Positions 53,724 to 64,000 of a stretch of DNA of 64,000 nucleotides are shown one piece after another. Origin of the DNA: Eledone cirrhosa (lineage: Eukaryota); assembly GCA_964016885.1 (NCBI GenBank), contig OZ024740.1, positions 330,956,001 through 331,020,000 on the forward strand, in the 5' to 3' direction. The stretch's first letter is position 1. The number at the start of each line of letters is the position of its first letter. The position numbers and the translations under genes are program-made. Under the pieces are notes generated by a model. It worked only from the letters and a program-made list of their open reading frames with translations, searched no databases and was not told the origin of the DNA.

Positions 53724-56165
53724 ATGGAAAAACAATATTTGGGAACCTCTTTAAAAAACATACCAATACCTTCTAAGGATGACTTCTTACTCCTTATGAT
53801 TCAAAAAACTAATAATTTTATCAGAAGGGTTAGATGGAGAGCCTACCACTTCGATAGAAAATCTAAACAAGCAGATCGGAAATATATGTATGATTTCAAT
53901 ACTTACAAGAATCCACCACACAACTTTTTACTTGAAGACTTCGAGAAAGACCTTTTTAATTTAATTAAACACCTCAAATTTAAAAAGTATAAATCCGTCT
54001 TTCAAAAGGACCTTGATTCTACCCTATTGGACCTAAAAAAGTCTAAAAAAATCCATGTCCACTCGGACAAAACTGGTAACTTGTATCATATGGATATTGA
54101 ACATTATAATGAGTTCATATATAAAGAACTCAGAAAAAATTATAAAAAATCTAATAATGCGTCACTCACCAACATCAACAACAAAACACACAACATAGTA
54201 AAAAAACTAAACATTGAAGATAGAACTGAACCTTTGGCATTGAAAAGACCACACTTCAACCTGAAGGATCATAAATCAAACTTTAACTCAAATCCTTCTA
54301 TTAGACTTATATGTCCCTCCAAATCAGATATTGGAATAATTAGCAAAAAAATGTTGGATAGAGTCATCCCACAAATAAGAAAACACGTTATTTTACCACT
54401 CTGGGAAAACACCTCCCAGGTAATTAACTGGTTTAAAAATATTAGATGTAAATCTTCTGCTTCATTTCTACAATTTGATATAGATAATTACTATTCTTCT
54501 ATATCACCTATACTCCTGAACAAAGCATTGATATTTGCTAAAAATAGATCTAACTTAACTTTGGATGACATTAATATTATTACACATGCTAGACTAACAC
54601 TTATTGAATTTCAGAATGAATACTGGACCAGAAACACATATAGTAATCTATTTGATATTACTATGGGTTCAAGCGATTCCGCCCAAATTACTGATATTGT
54701 GGGCCTCTTTCTCCTTTTCAACATAAATGCCTCCTTTCCCCACCTCAAAGGTGGTTTATATCGTGATGACTGTCTTCTTCTTTCTAACAACCTTAGCCTT
54801 TCAGAAATTGAAAAAAACAAAAAACATATTAGAACTTTCCTTAAAGACTATTATAATCTTAATATTACTTTTGAAAAAACAAGTAAAGTAGTAAATTTCC
54901 TAGATATAACTTTAGATTTAACTACGGGTATCTACCAACCTTACCATAAACCAAACCAAAACTTACATTACATACACTCACAATCTAATCACCCTAAATC
55001 TATCCTTAAAAACCTTGCATATAATATATCACTTAGAATTTCTAACCTTTCTTCTAACCAAGATGTATTTGATAAAAATGCGACCTTCTATAACGAAGCT
55101 CTAGATAGAAGTGGCCACAAAAATAGATTAGAATATATACCTTCTACTAAAAATACTGAAAGCATACAACCTAATATTACCAACAAACACCAAATGAAAA
55201 GTACACACCTAAATGCCACCCACACTATACCCCAAAATACCAAATCTTCTAATATAAAGTATAGTAACTCTCAAAAAACTACTCATCATACAACTCTAAT
55301 AAATATTAATAATAAAACTCCTAATAAAAAGGATAAAACACCTAAATCTACAAATATAACTAAAAATGGTTGTGGTGAGATCATTAACATTAATCCTCCT
55401 AGTAAAAATCACGATACAACCTATAAAAATAATAAAAATAATAAACAACATAGAAACCGTAATAGACGGGTTACTTGGTATAATGCTCCATTTAATTTAC
55501 AAATTAAGGATAATATTGCTAAAAAATTGTTTTATATCCTAGAGAAAAACTTCCCGCCAAACCACAAATACCATCAAATCTTAAATAGGTCTACAGTTAA
55601 ATTCTCATACTCTACAACAAATAACATAAAACAAAATATAAGTGCCTATAATGCATATAAATGTAAGAAAACCATAAGTATACCACCAGTACATCAAATT
55701 AACCATAATATCTCCTCAAATACAGAATTAACGAAAGGTTGTAACTGTAGAAACAAAGCAAACTGCCCATTAAAAGGGAATTGTCTTGTTAACAACATAG
55801 TCTATAAATGTAATGTTAAAACTAAAGATTCTATTTGCTCATATATAGGAGCTACCTCTAACAATTTTAAGACAAGGTTTAATACCCACAAGCATAGTTT
55901 TAAAAATGCCGCACTGGCTAATACAACATCTCTAGCAGAAAAAATCAATAGTTATAAAAATAAGAATATAGAATATGATTTGACCTGGAGTGTGCTCAAA
56001 AGAGCCACCCCTTATCAAAATAATAGAAATGAATGTAGATTATGTTCCCAAGAACTATTTGAAATAATGAAATCTAAGGATATCCTATTAAATAAACGAC
56101 AGGAATTAATTATATCGTGTAATCATAAACTAAAAAAAACATTTAAATATTATAAACCTAATTAA
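53724..56165 (+). CDS. Intact Penelope-like reverse transcriptase + C-terminal GIY-YIG endonuclease (813 aa from first ATG); probably Hydra-type clade
   Basis: SLKNIPIPS, RVRWRAYHF, SDKTGN, LKDHK, QFDIDNYYSSI, TMGSSDSAQ, LYRDD, VNFLDITL, SNHP; CxCx5C linker CNCRNKANC; IVY...YIG; CRLCSQE. Clade assignment is from recalled motif patterns, not a phylogeny. Confidence 0.93.
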   Translation: MEKQYLGTSLKNIPIPSKDDFLLLMIQKTNNFIRRVRWRAYHFDRKSKQADRKYMYDFNTYKNPPHNFLLEDFEKDLFNLIKHLKFKKYKSVFQKDLDSTLLDLKKSKKIHVHSDKTGNLYHMDIEHYNEFIYKELRKNYKKSNNASLTNINNKTHNIVKKLNIEDRTEPLALKRPHFNLKDHKSNFNSNPSIRLICPSKSDIGIISKKMLDRVIPQIRKHVILPLWENTSQVINWFKNIRCKSSASFLQFDIDNYYSSISPILLNKALIFAKNRSNLTLDDINIITHARLTLIEFQNEYWTRNTYSNLFDITMGSSDSAQITDIVGLFLLFNINASFPHLKGGLYRDDCLLLSNNLSLSEIEKNKKHIRTFLKDYYNLNITFEKTSKVVNFLDITLDLTTGIYQPYHKPNQNLHYIHSQSNHPKSILKNLAYNISLRISNLSSNQDVFDKNATFYNEALDRSGHKNRLEYIPSTKNTESIQPNITNKHQMKSTHLNATHTIPQNTKSSNIKYSNSQKTTHHTTLININNKTPNKKDKTPKSTNITKNGCGEIININPPSKNHDTTYKNNKNNKQHRNRNRRVTWYNAPFNLQIKDNIAKKLFYILEKNFPPNHKYHQILNRSTVKFSYSTTNNIKQNISAYNAYKCKKTISIPPVHQINHNISSNTELTKGCNCRNKANCPLKGNCLVNNIVYKCNVKTKDSICSYIGATSNNFKTRFNTHKHSFKNAALANTTSLAEKINSYKNKNIEYDLTWSVLKRATPYQNNRNECRLCSQELFEIMKSKDILLNKRQELIISCNHKLKKTFKYYKPN

Positions 56166-56665
56166 TAACATTATTTTAGAAATTAATTTAATTTAAATGT
56201 TAGTTAACCTATAAATTTAATTTAATTAAAATTCTATTACAGATGAGAATATAAAATATTATGTAATCATAAATTGTGAAAAACCTTTAAATATTACTAA
56301 TATATACTTAGTAATTTAATTTATAGATTAATTTTAATTTATTTAAACCTTTTATTATAATTCCTTTACAGATAAAATATAACAAAATATCGTGTATCCA
56401 ATGACAGAGAAATAATGTTTAGTATTATAGACCTAATTAATATACATTTTAGAAATATATTTATAATTTGGTTTTAAATTTAGTCAACCTAAAAATTTAA
56501 TTTAATTGGCTTAAAATTAGTATCCTTATACAGACGAATTGCAGAATGTCATGTAATCATAGAATGGGATGTGTTTTGGATATATACCTAGTTAATATAT
56601 TCTTTGCAATTTTTGAAAAAATATGTATATGTATATATGTATGTGTATGTGTATGTGTGTGTATG

Positions 56666-56696
<31 letters not shown>

Positions 56697-57486
56697 ATGT
56701 ATATATATATGTGTATGTATATGTATATGTATATGTATTAATTTTGATTTCTATTTGCATATAATTATATTCTGCTATTGATAAAATACAATATCTGTTT
56801 TATTTATTATATACCTAATTAACATATACTATAGAAATAAATATATAATTTTTAATTTAGTTAACCTATAATTTATATTCTACTACCGATGTAATACTTT
56901 ATTTGTTTTTTCCCTATTACTAAATTCATTTCCTAATATTGATACCATAACGTTATTAACTTTAATTTAGTTATACTATAATTAATACTCTACTACTATT
57001 TAACTTCAAAATTCTGCTTCAAATATTATAAACCTAACTAATTTACACCTTAGAAATCAATATGTTAACTATCTTTAGTTTAGTTAACATATAATTAATG
57101 GTATACTTATTTATTTTGAAATGCATAAATTTTGCCTTATTTCTTATTTATTGTATTTCCTAACACTGAAACTATGTAAAAACATACATTGGATCCAGAT
57201 ACGGATAATATTCTATGTTTCTTGAAACATATATTTACTATAATCCCCTTCTCCAACCCCCCCCCCTTTCCCCCATACTATTATCATCTGTGTTTGTAAG
57301 CGTGTATGTATGAATATATATGTAGGTAGGTGTATATATGTTTGGGTATTTATATCTGAATATAAAAATACATATATGCGCATGCAAATAAGAATGTAAG
57401 ATTGTGTGTGTATATATATGTGTGTATGTGTATATATATATGTGTATATATGCATGTGTGTATATATATGTGTATGTGTATGTGTG

Positions 57487-57557
<71 letters not shown>

Positions 57558-57812
57558 ATGTATGTATGTATATATGTGTGTATATATATATGTATGTCTC
57601 TCTATTTATATGTCTATCTTCGTATCTATGTGGATATATGTGTGTGTGTGCATGTATACACATATATGTGTTTATGTGTATATGTGTGTATGTGTATATA
57701 TATGTGTGTGCACACACATATATATGTGAGTGTGTGTATGTGTGTGTGTATATGTATGTGTATATATATATATATATATATATGTGTGTATATATGTCTA
57801 TATTCGTATGTG

Positions 57813-57863
<51 letters not shown>

Positions 57864-58073
57864 TATTATTATAATATAACTTATGTGTATGTTTGTATAT
57901 GTGAGGGTGTGTATATGTATATATATGTGTATATATATGTGTAAAAAAATATATATGTGCATGTCTGTTTTTTATGTGTGTGTATATATATATATGTGTA
58001 TATATATGTATATGTGGGTGTTTGTATGTGTATTTATGGTTGTATGTGTGTGTGGGTATATATATATAAGTGT

Positions 58074-58104
<31 letters not shown>

Positions 58105-58432
58105 TATATATATCTCTATTAATGCGTGTATATATGTATATGTATATGCCTTTTTCTTTGTATGTCTGAGTTGGGTGAGGGTGTAGTGGTGTTTCTATGT
58201 ATATACGCATATATGGATGCGTATGTATTTGTATATATGAGTATATGTAAGTGCGTATGTATGTATGAATATATATCTAATTCTATGTATGAGTATATAT
58301 GTGTGTATGTATGTTGTGTGTGTATGTATGTATATGTCTATGTGTGTATATATATATGTATGTATGTGTGTGTATGTATGTATGTATGTGTATGTATGTA
58401 CATATATGTCTATGTATGTGTGTATGTATATG

Positions 58433-58483
<51 letters not shown>

Positions 58484-58716
58484 TTATTTTATATATATGT
58501 GTGTGTGTGTATGTGTGTGTGTGTGTGTGTGTATATATATCTTTATATATGTGTATGTGTATGTTCGTGTAGGTGTATGTGTGTGTATGACTATATATGT
58601 ATGTGTGTATGTGTGTATGTGTATATATATCTATGTTTGTGTACATGTATGTATGTGTATGTATGTGTATGTGTGTATATGTGTATGTATATATATATAT
58701 ATATATATATAAATAT

Positions 58717-58748
<32 letters not shown>

Positions 58749-59008
58749 GTTTCTCTATTTGTATATGTATATGTGTATAGGTATATACCTTTTTCTTTGT
58801 ATGTCTGAGTTGTGTGAGAGTGTAGTGGTGTTTGTATGTATATACCGATATATGGATGCGTAAGTATTTGTCTGTATGTATGTATGTATGTCGGTATGTA
58901 TTTGTGTGTATATATAGGTATGTATGTGTATATCTGTATGTATATAAGTATGTAAGTGTATGCATATGTGCGTGTATGTGTGTATATATATGTGTGATTA
59001 TATGTGTA

Positions 59009-59065
<57 letters not shown>

Positions 59066-59205
59066 ATTTATATGTATGTGTGTATATGTATGTATGTGTG
59101 TATATGTATAAGTTTATATATGTGTGTGTATGTATGTTCTAAGTGTGGATGTGTGTATATGTATGTATGTGTTTGTATATATATATATATATATGTATAT
59201 ATATG

Positions 59206-59257
<52 letters not shown>

Positions 59258-59895
59258 CTTGATATATTTCTTTTTTCTTTTTTCTTTTTTCTTTTTCTTT
59301 TCTTTCCTTTTTAATGTTTATTTATTATTTATTATTTTTTATTTTCTTAGTTTATAGATACATCTATATTAAGCAGTCTGCCCAAACCGTTGAATACTGA
59401 CCTCTCCCCCCCCTCCCACCTAATTTCTGTATCTTGATCTAAATGTGTGTGCCAGTGTTTATGTGAGTGAATTAATATCCATGTGCTTAGGATTTTATAT
59501 CCACATATATATATGTGAGTGGGGGTGTGTGTGTGTGTGTATGTTCGTAGTTATGTGTATGTTTATGCATATACGCGCGTGTGTGTGTGTGATTGTACGG
59601 ATATGTGTGAGTATGAGAATATGTGTATACAGTTATTTCATATTTATGTGTCTATACGCATCTTATCTGTGCATTATAAACTTACAGAGACATTAACCTT
59701 GAAATTTTGTATTTGTATCCATCCTTTTGGTATGCGTATACAAGTTGAGCATACATTTTTGTAAAATATGTGTAAGGGTAGTTACATGTATATACACACA
59801 CCGAACTGCATTAAACCTTTTGTATTTTCATTGGTCAATTTTGTTCCCAAACGGACCTGAAATGTTGAATTGTTGTTATTATCAATAAATATATT

Positions 59896-60047
59896 TCATT
59901 ATTTCTGAAGACGGCGTATATATGTGTTGGTATGTATATTTAATCTTGATAGTTTGTATAATTTTGTATAATTTTGTACATAGATCTGTTGAATATGCAT
60001 GCCAATTCTAACACATATATATCCTAGAAACGATCGTTAAATAATGA
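59896..60047 (+). ncRNA. Hammerhead motif with ~115-nt stem II (3' pseudo-LTR copy)
   Basis: 9-bp stem I TCATTATTT/AAATAATGA, core CTGAAGA...GAAA, palindromic CGATCG, predicted GUU cleavage site at 60036-60038. Confidence 0.72.
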
Positions 60048-60277
60048 ACTTTTTTTGTTTAATATAAGGAACTGTTTCATTGTTTTATTCATTATTTGTT
60101 TAATATTTTATACATATATATATATATATTGGGTTTTTATTTCACTGAGGAACTGGAATCATATGATTTCAGTTCCTCAGTGAAATAACAACCCAACCAG
60201 GAACTGGGCATATCAGAGTATTGACAAAAGCATACACCTCAACAACATATGTACTTGTCTATACCACACTAATTCGG

Positions 60278-60331
60278 ACTGCCTGAAGAGGTCACAGCTT
60301 AGATGGCTGTCACCGAAATATATATAGCAGT
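60278..60331 (+). ncRNA. Minimal type I hammerhead ribozyme motif in a short pseudo-LTR beginning with a 68-bp hairpin (60129-60196)
   Basis: ACTGC CTGAAGA GGTCACAGC-TTAGATG-GCTGTCACC GAAA TATATA TA GCAGT, immediately followed by AATAAA. Confidence 0.9.
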
Positions 60332-60477
60332 AATAAACGAAACTAAATTTTAAACATTTGACTTTTATTTTACTTTATTTTACATTACTTCGGAGTAACC
60401 AAACCAACCTGCCCACTTCGTCGAGTGCTCCAGCCTGCATACTGAGGTGTTGGTATACAACCAACATATACTTAAAA

Positions 60478-60509
<32 letters not shown>

Positions 60510-60510
60510 A

Positions 60511-60708
60511 TGGTGAATTGGTAGTATCGGAAGAGGGTCGGACGTCATGCTTTCCATCATAGTTACATCCATTTATTGTCTGTGTTCAAATCCCGCTGAG
60601 GTTAACTTTGCCTTTCATCCGTACGGGGTCGATAAAATAAAGTATCAGTAATGTGGTGGGAAATGGCTGGCCTTGTGCCAACAGTATAAACAATTATTAT
60701 TATTATTT
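60511..60708 (+). mobile_element. tRNA-derived SINE, copy 5
   Basis: GTTCAAATCCCGC, CTTTGCCTTTCATCC...GGGGTCGATAAAATAAAGTA, GGCCTTGTGCC, (ATT)n tail. Confidence 0.85.
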
Positions 60709-60759
60709 CTGGCAATATTATAACAATATTATCCTCCCCATATACAACGATATATACGT

Positions 60760-60840
<81 letters not shown>

Positions 60841-60842
60841 AA

Positions 60843-60874
<32 letters not shown>

Positions 60875-60935
60875 TAGAAAGTGAGGTTTTTTTTACAAAA
60901 TGAAAAATAACCAAGGTGTCCTACACGAGTGGAAG

Positions 60936-62406
<1,471 letters not shown>

Positions 62407-62585
62407 CGCTGCTTTCACCCTTAACGGGATCTCCATTATAATTACACTCTTCTTACTTCCACACCTCTATACCAACTGGAAACAACGCACTGATTACTCA
62501 CTACTAAAACTGGACGTTACATTCCCTATATATATATATAGTGACGAAACATAAGTCAATTGCATGAACATGAGTAATTTCTTTA

Positions 62586-62638
62586 TGCTATATAAATCTC
62601 GATGATAGCCAATGAATGGCTATGACATCATCAGGCAG
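62586..62638 (-). ncRNA. Degenerate hammerhead motif (GAAA changed to GAGA)
   Basis: Minus strand: TGC CTGATGA TGTCATAGCC-ATTCATT-GGCTATCATC GAGA TTTATA TA GCA. Confidence 0.6.
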
Positions 62639-62868
62639 TTTGTCAGTTCTTAGATATGCCAGCTCTGTGTTATAGTGTTGATGGTATCAGAGCCTTGGGA
62701 CATATGAATATATATATATTAAGATTGGTGATCTGAAATAGCGATGTATACATGAATGTGTGTATAGTATATTTGGCAATATACCCTATGTTACATTTAA
62801 AACAGTTAGTAGACAATACGCTATCAGCGAAATATATATATATATATCTATATATATATATATATATG

Positions 62869-62947
<79 letters not shown>

Positions 62948-62952
<5 letters not shown>

Positions 62953-63502
62953 TAAAAAAATAATGAATAAAACAATGAAACAGTTCCTTATTTTAAACAA
63001 AAAAAGTTCATTATTTAACGATCGTTTCTAGGACATATATGTGTTAGAATTGGCATGCATATTCAAAAGATCTATGTACAAAATTATACAAACTATCAAA
63101 GAGAATATATATACATACCATCACATATATATGCTGTCTTCAGAAATAATGAAGTATATTTATTGATAATAACAACAATTCAAAATTACAGGTCTGTTTG
63201 GGAACAGATTTTAAATAGACCAATGAAATACATACAAATTCATCAAGAAAATACAGTTAGGAGTGTGTATATATGTAAGTAACTTCGTTCACAGATATGC
63301 ATAAAAATGTATGTTCACATGCATACGCATGTCGAAAAAGTGTATGTAAATATAAAAATTCAGGGCTAATATCTCAGTATGTTTATAATTCACAGACAAA
63401 ATATACATACATATACATATATATATACACACATATATACACACATATACATACATTCATACACACACACGCATATATACATAAACACACACATACCTAC
63501 GA

Positions 63503-63535
<33 letters not shown>

Positions 63536-63762
63536 TACGTATATATTATTATTATAACTATATGGATATTTAGGCGCACACATAAACACGGCTACACACA
63601 CTTACATCTAGATGCAGAATTAAAAGGAGGTAAGGGAGTAAGTAATTAAGGAGGGTGTCAGACTCAGCATATTTATAAAAATGTATCTATAAATTTAGAA
63701 ATAAAAAGAAATATAATAAAAGAAATAAACAAGTAAAACATATACTCACACATATAAATACA

Positions 63763-63847
<85 letters not shown>

Positions 63848-64000
63848 GTATATACACATACGCACAACACGCATATATACATATATGTACACACACATAC
63901 ACACATACATACACATACATATATATATACACATATATATACATATATATATACACACATATATATACACACATATATATACACACACACACATACATAT
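62948..64000 (-). mobile_element. Pseudo-LTR of a diverged sister family of the 47-60 kb PLE, with the long-stem-II hammerhead at 63008-63152; continues beyond the window
   Basis: Collinear with ~47282-48100; core CTGAAGA...GAAACGATCGTT and stem I are unchanged while the flanks diverge. Confidence 0.85.

Larger units (their letters stand above)
47144..60111 (+). mobile_element. ~13 kb complex PLE insertion: inverted 3' copy (47144-51826), partial tandem pseudo-LTR (51832-53573), intact ORF, 3.9-kb 3' region
   Basis: 47144-51826 is the reverse complement of 55553-60111 plus 53437-53573. 51832-53436 directly repeats ~58520-60111. (TA)n on both flanks. Confidence 0.93.

Noticed and set aside
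53703-56165. Telomerase, or a Naiad-type selenoprotein PLE
   Set aside because: The endonuclease is C-terminal and the ORF has no in-frame TGA; telomerase has no GIY-YIG domain.

Overview
This is a eukaryotic, AT- and microsatellite-rich window with no recognisable host gene. It is probably from a cephalopod (octopus-like), an inference from the SINE family and the (TA)n/(CA)n density. It is almost entirely transposable-element derived. Retroelements: an apparently open R4/Dong-type non-LTR ORF running off the left edge (missed by the ORF track), a decayed Tx1/L1-clade LINE in an (ATT)n tract, an RTE relic and five tRNA-type SINEs. DNA transposons: a full-length decayed hAT (Buster/SPIN-like) element with TIRs and TSD, and a Helitron 3' end. 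There are many Penelope-like elements (PLEs), including one intact RT+GIY-YIG ORF inside a ~13 kb inverted/tandem insertion. The main hidden signal is RNA structure: more than 15 minimal type I hammerhead ribozyme motifs, read by eye on both strands. Most share a 6-nt near-palindromic stem III and a C·Y mismatch at the 4th position of stem II. One family has a ~115-nt stem II, and several sit in fold-back palindromes. One pair forms a 323-bp retrozyme-like repeat with octamer/PSE/TATA-like motifs. All structures are manual predictions, neither computed nor tested.
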